Below, in pieces: positions 29,620 to 38,574 of a stretch of DNA of 64,000 nt (positions are counted from its first letter, which is position 1; each line of letters begins with the position of its first letter). The notes under the pieces were generated by a model. That model was not told the origin of the DNA and searched no databases. It saw only the letters and a list, made by a program, of their open reading frames with translations. The stretch covers positions 32,001 through 96,000 of the forward strand of contig JBCNVB010000003.1 of assembly GCA_039630415.1 (NCBI GenBank), in the 5' to 3' direction. This stretch comes from a bacterium (lineage in GTDB: Bacteria; DRYD01). Position numbers and translations under genes: made by a program.

Positions 29620-30788
29620 TAGAGATAAAAAGAGCTAGTGTTAAGCTAAAAAAAGATATAAAGAATTTATATCAAAAAGTTTATGGAAGCTATTATTCTT
29701 TACCAGAAATTCAGGATGATGATCTCATGGAAGAAATATTGAACGATGAGGATAATGTTTGGGTTGTTGCACAAGAGGATGGTAATATAGTTGGTTCGCT
29801 TATATTTAGGGTAAATAAAGAAATCTCGGTTTGTAAAGCTATGGGAGCCGTTGTTAACCCATCTCACAGAGGTAGAGGTTTATTTTCTCAAATGTTTGAA
29901 TTTGGATTACAACTAATAGATACAGAGATAATCTATGCTTTAACAAGAACAATATCCCCAGAGCCTCAAAAGCTTCTTCTTAAACATAACTTTGTATCCT
30001 TAGGTATTTTCCCAAATGTAAGAAGAGTTTATGCTTATGAGAATCATGGGCTTTATGCTTATATTAAACCCTCCGCATTTCAAAAAAGAAAAAAAATAAA
30101 TGAATTAACATATGAAGTAGCAGCCTTACAAGAAATCTTAAAACAAATAATAATTAATCAGGACTTTCGAAATGGAGCGCTTGAACACTGGAAAGAATTT
30201 GTATACGAGAAAATCAAAATTATACCACGACAAAAGTTTAACATAGAACCTAAAGAAGCTAAAAAAATCGAAACCAAGATAATAAATGTGGAAAAAGATT
30301 ACATAAACGAATATGACTCACTGAGATTTAAGTTTTTCCCTTTTCATAAACCAAACTTCAAGATAATTACAGAATACGGAAGCTTTTACCTACATTTAAA
30401 TATGATAGATAAGCACTGTGCTATCATGGGAATTGATGTTCCTTTGGATGATATTGAAAGACTATACAATCTGTTCTTTAACATACCTTACATAGTTGAT
30501 AAATTAGATGCGAGATATTTGGAAATAGTATCAATGGCTTCTAAACATGTAAATCATTCAATAATTTTGGATAATGGATTCATACCTGCTGCATATTTTC
30601 CATGTTTAATACCCCTAAAAGAAAACAAAAATAAATTTAGGGTCGATGCTGTAATATTTTTCTACCCTTATAACCTCCCACACTTCAAAAAACTGTTTAT
30701 CCCAGATGATTTCAAGGAATATGTCAGGTATGTATATTCGATGATAGTTGAAAAAATCAATCGGGAAATACAAAGTAGTCTACAGTAA
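29616..30788 (+). CDS. GNAT-family N-acetyltransferase with C-terminal extension
   Basis: AVVNPSHRGRGL acetyl-CoA binding motif A. Confidence 0.75.
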   Translation: MIEIKRASVKLKKDIKNLYQKVYGSYYSLPEIQDDDLMEEILNDEDNVWVVAQEDGNIVGSLIFRVNKEISVCKAMGAVVNPSHRGRGLFSQMFEFGLQLIDTEIIYALTRTISPEPQKLLLKHNFVSLGIFPNVRRVYAYENHGLYAYIKPSAFQKRKKINELTYEVAALQEILKQIIINQDFRNGALEHWKEFVYEKIKIIPRQKFNIEPKEAKKIETKIINVEKDYINEYDSLRFKFFPFHKPNFKIITEYGSFYLHLNMIDKHCAIMGIDVPLDDIERLYNLFFNIPYIVDKLDARYLEIVSMASKHVNHSIILDNGFIPAAYFPCLIPLKENKNKFRVDAVIFFYPYNLPHFKKLFIPDDFKEYVRYVYSMIVEKINREIQSSLQ

Positions 30789-30869
30789 TTTGTATCACTT
30801 TTGTAATTCTCATTAGAGAATTTTTGTTTTCTGTGTAGAAGAGAGATTTTGAGGAGGGTGAAGGTAGGG

Positions 30870-32114
30870 GTGAGTAAGTTTTGGGGAATAGTTTTTATAC
30901 TAATTTTAGTTTTACTAACTGTAAACGCTAGTGAGAAAACTATAAGTATACTAATAGGTGGTGCTGCAGACGGATGGACAGAAATCGCACAGGAATTTTA
31001 CAACAAAACAGGTATAAAAGTAAATGTCATACAAGGACCTCCTTCTTCTGATGCTAGAGAAATTATGTACTCAATATCATTGCTTACTAAAACCAAAGGT
31101 TTTGATGTAATATACATGGACGTTGTATGGATGGGAAAATTTGCTTCTGCTTCCTGGCTAACTCCTATATCCAGTTTTGTTAATCCTTTAGAGTACTTCA
31201 AGCAAAAAAATTTAGCTGAATCTTGTTATCTCGCTTCTTTGTATGAAGGTGAATACTACTCAGTACCTATTAAAGCTGATGCTGGGCTTCTTTACTACCG
31301 TAAGGATCTACTCGAAAAATACGGATACTCAGTTCCACAAACCTGGCAAGAGCTTAAAAGAATAGCAAAGGAAATAAAGCAAAAAGAAGCTACAGAAGGA
31401 AAACAAATTGAAGGCTTTGTATTCCAGGGTAAACAATATGAAGGGCTTGTTTGTAATTTCTACGAAGTTCTTCGAGGTATGGGATATGAATTAATATACC
31501 AAAACCAGAAAGGATCTTTCTTGGCAGTTAATGAAGACCAACTAACACAAGTATTAGAGTTTTACAGTGAACTAATACAGGAAGGTGTGAGTCCAAGATC
31601 AGTGATAAACTTTGAAGAAGAGGAGTCTAGGATAGTCTTTCAACAAGGTAGAGCAGTGTTTGCTAGAAATTGGCCATATGCCATAAAAATGCTTATGGAA
31701 GACGAAAATATGAGAGATAAATTTGGTGTAGCTATTTTACCAGGTTCAAGTCCAACACTAGGTGGATGGGCTTTGTCTGTATCTAACTACTCTTCCAACA
31801 AAAAAGAAGCCTGGCTATTCATAGATTTTGTTGTAGAAAATGGATTGAAAACCTTATTTCTTAAAAGAGGTGATGTGCCAACTAAAATAGATCTATTCCA
31901 AGATCAAGAAGTAAAATCTAAACTCGAATACTCGGATACCATAATGAGATCAGTTGACTTTTCTAAACCTAGAACGGTGCACCCTCTCTATCCAAGGATA
32001 TCAAGCATAATACAAGTATATGTAAGTGGTGTAATAGCAGGTAAAATTCAACCAAGGCAGGCTGCTCAAAAAATGATAAAAGAACTCCATAAAGTTGTAA
32101 GTTTCAAGGATTAA
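30870..32114 (+). CDS. Carbohydrate ABC transporter substrate-binding protein (trehalose/maltose-like)
   Basis: Signal peptide; DVIYMDVVW, DAGLLYYRKDLL, GKQYEGLVCN, FARNWPY, TLGGW; GTG start after GAGGAGG (ORF open from 30849). Confidence 0.88.
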   Translation: MSKFWGIVFILILVLLTVNASEKTISILIGGAADGWTEIAQEFYNKTGIKVNVIQGPPSSDAREIMYSISLLTKTKGFDVIYMDVVWMGKFASASWLTPISSFVNPLEYFKQKNLAESCYLASLYEGEYYSVPIKADAGLLYYRKDLLEKYGYSVPQTWQELKRIAKEIKQKEATEGKQIEGFVFQGKQYEGLVCNFYEVLRGMGYELIYQNQKGSFLAVNEDQLTQVLEFYSELIQEGVSPRSVINFEEEESRIVFQQGRAVFARNWPYAIKMLMEDENMRDKFGVAILPGSSPTLGGWALSVSNYSSNKKEAWLFIDFVVENGLKTLFLKRGDVPTKIDLFQDQEVKSKLEYSDTIMRSVDFSKPRTVHPLYPRISSIIQVYVSGVIAGKIQPRQAAQKMIKELHKVVSFKD

Positions 32115-32178
32115 GTGAGTTTAATCCCAAAGTAAATGCAGGTTTTTTGTTTATTTTGTGTAATCCTATATAGAAAAT

Positions 32179-33153
32179 ATGCAAACAACAATTAACTTGG
32201 AGCTTTCCGAAAAGATAGATAAAATTATTTCAGAGGTAAGCAAAGTAATAGTTGGACAAAAAAACGTTGTTTTAAAATGTATATTAGCTTTATTAGTAGA
32301 TGGTAACGTCTTGTTAGAGGGAGTACCAGGATTAGCTAAAACTCTAATATTCAAAACTTTGGCTTCATGTAGTGGAGGAACTTTTAAAAGAATACAGTTC
32401 ACTCCGGATTTGTTACCTGCAGATATAACTGGTACAAGAGTGTTTAATCCTCAAACTTTAAATTTTGAAGTAGTATTCGGTCCAATATTTGCCAACTTTG
32501 TACTAGCGGATGAAATAAACAGAGCACCTGCAAAGGTTCAAAGCGCTCTTTTGGAAGCTATGCAAGAAAAGCAAGTAACAATAGGAAATCAAACATTTCC
32601 TTTACCAAAACCCTTTATTGTCATGGCTACTCAAAACCCAATAGAAAGTGAGGGAACTTATCCTCTACCAGAAGCTCAACTAGATAGATTTATAATGAAG
32701 ATAAAAATAGATTATCCAACATTTAGTGAGGAAAAAGAAATAATAAATCGAATGCAGAGCAATTTTAATATCCCTGAAGCACAAAAAGTTATAGAATTAT
32801 CTGAAATAGAGGATTTGCAAAGGGAAGTCGAGAAAGTGAAGATAAGCCCCAAAATAGAGGACTACATTACTAAGATAGTATTCATAACAAGAAAACCCCA
32901 TCTATATGGCTTTAACTCACTATCCAAATACATAATGTATGGGGCAAGTCCTAGAGCTTCCATAGCTTTCGTGAAGCTATCAAAAGCATTAGCATTCACT
33001 GAAAAAAGATACTTTGTAATACCAGAAGACGTAGAATATCTTGCTTTTGATATACTCAGACATAGAATTATTCTTACCTATGAAGCTCAAGCAGAAAACA
33101 TAACAACTGAAGATATCATATACACCGTTATCAAGTCATTGCCCAAAATATAA
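32179..33153 (+). CDS. moxR: MoxR-family AAA+ ATPase
   Basis: LLEGVPGLAKT, RIQFTPDLLPADITG, LADEINRAPAKVQSALLEAM, ATQNPIE.EGTYPLPEAQLDRF. Confidence 0.95.
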   Translation: MQTTINLELSEKIDKIISEVSKVIVGQKNVVLKCILALLVDGNVLLEGVPGLAKTLIFKTLASCSGGTFKRIQFTPDLLPADITGTRVFNPQTLNFEVVFGPIFANFVLADEINRAPAKVQSALLEAMQEKQVTIGNQTFPLPKPFIVMATQNPIESEGTYPLPEAQLDRFIMKIKIDYPTFSEEKEIINRMQSNFNIPEAQKVIELSEIEDLQREVEKVKISPKIEDYITKIVFITRKPHLYGFNSLSKYIMYGASPRASIAFVKLSKALAFTEKRYFVIPEDVEYLAFDILRHRIILTYEAQAENITTEDIIYTVIKSLPKI

Positions 33154-33190
33154 ACACAAAATATAAACCAAAAGGAAGGAGGAATGCAGA

Positions 33191-34273
33191 ATGTATATAA
33201 ACAAAGAATTCCTATTTAAGCTACTACAGTCTTTTGGACCATCGGGATATGAAAGTGAAGCATCAATCGTATGGAAAGAATATACTTCCAAATTTGCAGA
33301 TGAAGTATTTACCGATTTTCATGGCAATTCCTTTGCTCAAATAAATAAAGATTCACAGATAAGAGTTTTACTATCTGGACATATAGATGAAATAGGATTC
33401 ATGGTATCCCAAATAACCGAAGAAGGATTTATTAAGTTTGTCCCCATAGGAGGATGGGATTCTCAAATACCTCAAGGACAAAGAGTATGGATAAAATCAA
33501 CTAAAACTGGTCAAAAGATACCTGGTGGAATAGCTAAAAAACCTATACATCTACTAAAAGAAGAAACTGAAAGAAATAAAGTACTGAAAATAGAAGACAT
33601 GTGGATAGATATAGGAGCCAAATCTAAACAAGAAGTAGAAGAAATAATAAGTATTGGAGATCCAATAGTTTTAGCTTATGAACCTATTGAGATAATGAAT
33701 CAAAACATTATGTCAAGAGCAATAGATAATAGAGTTGGTGCTTTTGTAGTAGCAGAAGTTCTAAGAATGCTAAAAGAAATGGGTGTTAAGTGTAATGTTT
33801 ATAGCGTAGCTACGGTTCAAGAGGAAATAGGTCTTAGAGGAGCATATACCAGTGCCTATAGAGTTAATCCCCACATAGGAATAGCTGTAGACGTAACCTT
33901 TGTTTCTGATGATCCGGGAACAAAGGATTCTGCTAAAATAATAGGCGATATTAAAGTTGGTAAAGGTCCTGTGATAAGTAGAGGCCCTAATATAAATCCT
34001 AAACTTTTCCAAATTCATGAAGAAGTAGCTAAAAAATATGAAATACCTTATCAAATTCAACCTGCTCCTAGGGGAACAGGAACTGATGCTAACATTATTC
34101 AACTAACACGAGAAGGACCTGCAACCTCATTAATATCTATCCCCACTAGATATCTTCACACACCCGTGGAAATATGTAACCTGCAAGATTTAGATAATAC
34201 CGTAAAAATAATAGCCTATACAATTAAGCATATTGAGGAAAATTATTCATTAGAAAACTTGATACCGCATTAA
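33191..34273 (+). CDS. M42 family (TET-like) aminopeptidase
   Basis: GPSGYE, GHIDEIG, AIDNR, TVQEEIGLRGA, VDVT, GTDA, RYLHTP. Confidence 0.93.
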   Translation: MYINKEFLFKLLQSFGPSGYESEASIVWKEYTSKFADEVFTDFHGNSFAQINKDSQIRVLLSGHIDEIGFMVSQITEEGFIKFVPIGGWDSQIPQGQRVWIKSTKTGQKIPGGIAKKPIHLLKEETERNKVLKIEDMWIDIGAKSKQEVEEIISIGDPIVLAYEPIEIMNQNIMSRAIDNRVGAFVVAEVLRMLKEMGVKCNVYSVATVQEEIGLRGAYTSAYRVNPHIGIAVDVTFVSDDPGTKDSAKIIGDIKVGKGPVISRGPNINPKLFQIHEEVAKKYEIPYQIQPAPRGTGTDANIIQLTREGPATSLISIPTRYLHTPVEICNLQDLDNTVKIIAYTIKHIEENYSLENLIPH

Positions 34274-34330
34274 TTATAAAAGACTCACTTCATTGTGTAG
34301 GTATGATATTGTCTCTATAGACTTAATCCT

Positions 34331-35311
34331 TTACCTTGGTAATTTGCTTTGCTTTAGGACTTTTAGGAAATCATTTAGGAAGGTTTTATAGTCTTCTATT
34401 ATTCCGAAGTGTGAGTATTTAAATATAGGTGCTTCGGGATCAGTATTGATGCTAACTACTATTTTGGATTTGTTCATACCTGCTATGTGTTGACTTGCAC
34501 CAGATATTCCAACAGCTATGTATAGGTCTGGTGATACGGTTTTACCTGTTTGTCCAACTTGGTGTTGAGGATCTATCCAACCGGAGTCTACTGCAGCCCT
34601 TGATGCACCTACTGCTGCACCCAATTCTTCTGCAACTGCCTTTATAAGTTCAAATCCTTCTTTTCCTCCTATTCCTCTTCCTCCACTTATAACTATCCTA
34701 GCTTCCTCTAACTTTATCGAAGATTCCCGATGTTCTGAATGTATAACTTCAATATCAAACATATGATTTGATAGATCTAGTTCTACTTCGGTTATAGGTA
34801 CATTTTCATAGGAAAGCTTTGGGTTATTTGAATAAGATTTTATGGTTATAAAAACTGGTTTTTTGATAGGCTCTATTTTAGATATTATTTTTCCTCCAAA
34901 TGCACTTACATTAAAGGATAGATCCTCATTTATTGACTCAACTTGGCTAACTATGCTTCCGTTATACTTATAAGATAGGTAGGGGATTATTTCTGAAAAT
35001 ACTTGATCATAATTTGAAACAATGTAAGTATAATCATTTAGATTTATAATTTGACTGAGTTGATTGTTTAGGATATGATTTACTATTTCTGGGATGTAGT
35101 ATTTAGAGGAGAAAACTATTTTGATGTTTATTACCTGATTCCAAGCGGTTGAGATTTGGTTTAATTGTTGTTGATCTAGGGGGTGGTTCTGGAGATTAAA
35201 AAGTACTAAGGTGGAGTTTTGATTTGTTTTGGAACAAAGGTCTTGTACAAAACAAGACAGTATTTTAATTTTGTTAAAGTTTTCATATGATGTTATTAAT
35301 CCCAGTACCAT
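34331..35311 (-). CDS. etfA: Electron transfer flavoprotein alpha subunit
   Basis: [40 protein letters not shown]. Confidence 0.95.
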   Translation of the reverse strand: MVLGLITSYENFNKIKILSCFVQDLCSKTNQNSTLVLFNLQNHPLDQQQLNQISTAWNQVINIKIVFSSKYYIPEIVNHILNNQLSQIINLNDYTYIVSNYDQVFSEIIPYLSYKYNGSIVSQVESINEDLSFNVSAFGGKIISKIEPIKKPVFITIKSYSNNPKLSYENVPITEVELDLSNHMFDIEVIHSEHRESSIKLEEARIVISGGRGIGGKEGFELIKAVAEELGAAVGASRAAVDSGWIDPQHQVGQTGKTVSPDLYIAVGISGASQHIAGMNKSKIVVSINTDPEAPIFKYSHFGIIEDYKTFLNDFLKVLKQSKLPR

Positions 35312-35317
35312 GTTTTT

Positions 35318-36085
35318 TTAGGTTATTAGCTTAAGTTCTACTAGTTTTTGATATAGTTTTTGTGCTTTTTCTAAACTATTTTGCCCCTGTATTATTTGAC
35401 ATTCTATTTGTGTTTGAGGTTGTTGAAAGGATTTTATGTTTATAGAGGGTGGAGGAGTTTCTTCTATTTTTTCTATTATTATTGGCTTTTTAGATGCTAG
35501 CATTATATCTTTCACTTTTGGGTATCTTGGTTGGTTTTCTTGATGGGTTGTTATACTCACGATTAGATTTTTGTTGGTTTTTAGCGTTATGTAGCCGGTC
35601 TCAGTTAGTTTATGTATTATCCATTCGTTTTGGTAGGATACTGTATAAGCGTAGGTTATTAGGTGGTAGTTAAGGATAGAGGAGAGGAGGGGGGCTAAAC
35701 TTCTGTGCCCCCAATCTGCTGACTCATATCCCATTAATATCAAATTGTAGCTATCCTCTCTAATCTTTTTAGACAACAAGTATGCTATTGATTGGGAATC
35801 CATAAATTTTTGATTTGTTTGTAGAATTATTGCTTTATCTGCTCCCATTGCTAGTGCTTTTTTTATAGGTTGTGAATAATCCAAATGAGTTAGTGTCATT
35901 ACTGTTACTTCAAAGTTGTGTTTATCTTTTAGTTTTAGTGCAACTTCAAGAGCATTTTCATCATAGCTACTTATTACTATTGGATTATCTTCTCCTAGTT
36001 GTATTTTTGTTTCTGGATCTATTTTAAATTTGGTTGATGGTATATCCGGATCTATTACTAGTTTTGTGAGAGCTAATATTTTCAT
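35318..36085 (-). CDS. etfB: Electron transfer flavoprotein beta subunit
   Basis: YDENALEVALKLK, ALAMGADKA, PRYP; upstream of etfA. Confidence 0.92.
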   Translation of the reverse strand: MKILALTKLVIDPDIPSTKFKIDPETKIQLGEDNPIVISSYDENALEVALKLKDKHNFEVTVMTLTHLDYSQPIKKALAMGADKAIILQTNQKFMDSQSIAYLLSKKIREDSYNLILMGYESADWGHRSLAPLLSSILNYHLITYAYTVSYQNEWIIHKLTETGYITLKTNKNLIVSITTHQENQPRYPKVKDIMLASKKPIIIEKIEETPPPSINIKSFQQPQTQIECQIIQGQNSLEKAQKLYQKLVELKLIT

Positions 36086-36102
36086 GTTGTACTATATAAT
36101 AT

Positions 36103-36363
36103 TTATTGAGTTTCTGGAGTTTGTGTTTGTTCTTGTTGTGTTTGTCCTTGTTGCTGTGTTTGTTCTTGTTGCATTTGTTCTTGTGTTTGAGTAGTTTCTG
36201 TTTGTGTAGTTGTTGTATCTGCTTGTTGGTTAGGTTGGGTATTTTGTTCTTGGGTAGTTGTCACGGTTGTTGTAGTTTGTTGTTGCTGTTGTTGTGCTGG
36301 TTGATTACAAGCTTGAAGATATACCATAACAAATGCTAATAGTAGGGCTAGTAGTATTTTCAT
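36103..36363 (-). CDS. Small Gln/Thr-rich lipoprotein
   Basis: AAGGAGGT RBS; signal peptide with LQA|C lipobox; mature part almost entirely Q/T/E/P. Confidence 0.8.
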   Translation of the reverse strand: MKILLALLLAFVMVYLQACNQPAQQQQQQTTTTVTTTQEQNTQPNQQADTTTTQTETTQTQEQMQQEQTQQQGQTQQEQTQTPETQ

Positions 36364-36505
36364 ATTTTTATACCTCCTTTCGTTTTATTTTTCTAGTTTT
36401 ACGAGTATAGAGATTCTATAAAGGGGGTTGAATTCCTTCATAAAGGTATAGGTGTTATTAATAGGAGGGAAGATGTCATCTGTTATAGAAGAGATAGGAT
36501 AGGAA

Positions 36506-36575
<70 letters not shown>

Positions 36576-36577
<2 letters not shown>

Positions 36578-36968
36578 ATAGATACCTGGGGTTTATATAC
36601 ATATCCTCCACTTTACTGGGTAATTTGGTTGGACCAAAGGGACCAATCTTATCTACTTTAGGGGGTAGTTTGGTTGGAATATCTAGCATATCTTCTTCTA
36701 CGCTGGGAGGTAATTTGGTTATATCAAGGCGAATATTCTTGCCTATTTTAGGGGGTAATTGGGTTAAACCAATCTCATCTGCCTCATCCATAATCAAATT
36801 CACAGGTATAGAATCTAATGATTTTACATATTTATCCTGAGAATACGGGGTTATATCACTATCTTTTTTTACAAACTTATCTTTTTCACTATCTGTTGTG
36901 TTCTTCCAATAATTCGGAAAATAGTTTATAAAACTTCTATCAACTATGTTATTAAAATCGTTTGTCAT
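36576..36968 (-). CDS. Hypothetical protein with four T(K/Q)LP(P/S) repeats
   Basis: AAGGGTGA RBS-like sequence; ~15-aa periodic repeats kept in frame. Confidence 0.7.
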
Positions 36969-37113
36969 ATTATCACCCCTTTATTTTATTTTTTCCAATT
37001 AATTTTTCAACTGTTTAATGGTTTGAGCCTATAAAACTTTGTAAAAAAAACGTAAAATTTTTTATATAGGTGGGGAGAAGTGAACCTGATGGAATAAAAA
37101 TGATAATAGGAAA

Positions 37114-37698
37114 ATGGGATTAAAAGGTAAACCCAAAAAGTTTCAGAAAGCCTTAAGTATAGTAGAAGTAGTTGTGTCTGTAACCATAATAGGACTAATA
37201 CTTTCCACTGTTGGTCTTAGCTTTTTAACATTTGAAAATATGAGATTAAGTAGTCAAATAAGACACGAGATACAAAGGTATGGTGAGGGAATATTAGATT
37301 ACTTATGCACTTTACCATTATCGGATAGCCATATAGCAATAGTCCAAAATAGTCCTAACAATGGAATACTTTCACTATCGGACTTATCTGCTAATCCAGC
37401 GGGTACGGATACTAACCAAATACTAGCTACTATGAATAGTATGCTACAAAATCTTGCAAGCACAGGCAAATTTCAAATAATAAATAACGTTAATCAAGGT
37501 CAAATAAATTCAAGAAAGGGTGCAATAGTTATGTTTAATATAGGCCAAAATCCACAACAAAGCTCGGTATCAGTTAATACACAGGGAATAAACTCAATAT
37601 CTATTACTATATTGTATGTTAGGAGATATCCAAATAGAAGGCCACCAAACAACATAATAGTAAGACCTATAAGAATAACTCGAATCCTCCCGATGTAA
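37114..37698 (+). CDS. Minor pilin/pseudopilin (PilV/GspI position)
   Basis: QKA|LSIVEVVV class III-like signal with Glu+5 and hydrophobic helix. Confidence 0.75.
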   Translation: MGLKGKPKKFQKALSIVEVVVSVTIIGLILSTVGLSFLTFENMRLSSQIRHEIQRYGEGILDYLCTLPLSDSHIAIVQNSPNNGILSLSDLSANPAGTDTNQILATMNSMLQNLASTGKFQIINNVNQGQINSRKGAIVMFNIGQNPQQSSVSVNTQGINSISITILYVRRYPNRRPPNNIIVRPIRITRILPM

Positions 37699-37703
37699 AT
37701 ACT

Positions 37704-38549
37704 ATGAGAAATAAAAAAGCACTTTCTCTTATAGAAATAATAATTGCCGTAGTAATATTATCACTTATTTTAGTGTGGGTAGTAAATATGCTCAGAGATA
37801 TTGCAATGGAAAAATCAATAGCACTAGAAAAATCTAAAGTAGATCAAATCATAAATGTTTTCGAAAAAAATCTCAAAAACTACATAAATAATTCTGACCT
37901 GAATCTAAATATGAATCTCTTAGATATTATTAATTCAAACCTAAACGATATAAGACCATTTTATGTTTCTAGTGCTGTAATAGTTCCTGCAATATATCAA
38001 ACACAATCAGATTACTTACTTATATATTATAACAACACTGTACTTATAAATAACAACAATCAGCGTATATCATACATAAATGTCAGACTAACGCAGAATA
38101 ATACCATATTGTTTTCAGGTATACAAAGCAATCAAAGAAACCTGATTTTTAGAGTATTAACAAACAACAATCAAACAAGATTCTTCTGGTATTATATGGT
38201 GCAAAATCCATTTTTAAACCAACAAACTATATCAACTATTGATTTTGGAACACCCGCAATGGGAAGAAGATTTACATATCAAATATCAATGAGATTCAGA
38301 AGAATACCTGTAATTCAACAAAATGGAAGAATAGATCCTACAGTCCAGGAAATAATCTATCAAACTCATGGAAACATTACAAACATAAACCAAGTACAAG
38401 GAATAGCAACTATAACCAATCCTAATATTATCTACTCCGAAATAACAGTAGCTGTATTACAACAAGCTAATCAAGCTAATCGACGTAGAAGAGTCTTCTT
38501 TACAACTAGAGCTTTTAATATCTATGTTAGGCATAAAAGTATAATTTGA
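37704..38549 (+). CDS. Minor pilin/pseudopilin (PilW/GspJ position)
   Basis: MRNKKA|LSLIEIIIAVVIL. Confidence 0.78.
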   Translation: MRNKKALSLIEIIIAVVILSLILVWVVNMLRDIAMEKSIALEKSKVDQIINVFEKNLKNYINNSDLNLNMNLLDIINSNLNDIRPFYVSSAVIVPAIYQTQSDYLLIYYNNTVLINNNNQRISYINVRLTQNNTILFSGIQSNQRNLIFRVLTNNNQTRFFWYYMVQNPFLNQQTISTIDFGTPAMGRRFTYQISMRFRRIPVIQQNGRIDPTVQEIIYQTHGNITNINQVQGIATITNPNIIYSEITVAVLQQANQANRRRRVFFTTRAFNIYVRHKSII

Positions 38550-38574
38550 AACCTATTTCAGGAGGTGGATTTTA

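Noticed and set aside
36106-36339. Cys/Leu-rich 77-aa plus-strand ORF resembling a toxin or metallothionein
   Set aside because: Reverse complement of the CAA/ACA-rich lipoprotein gene.
36600-36780. CRISPR-like periodic repeats
   Set aside because: Repeats are short, degenerate and in frame within an ORF; no cas genes.
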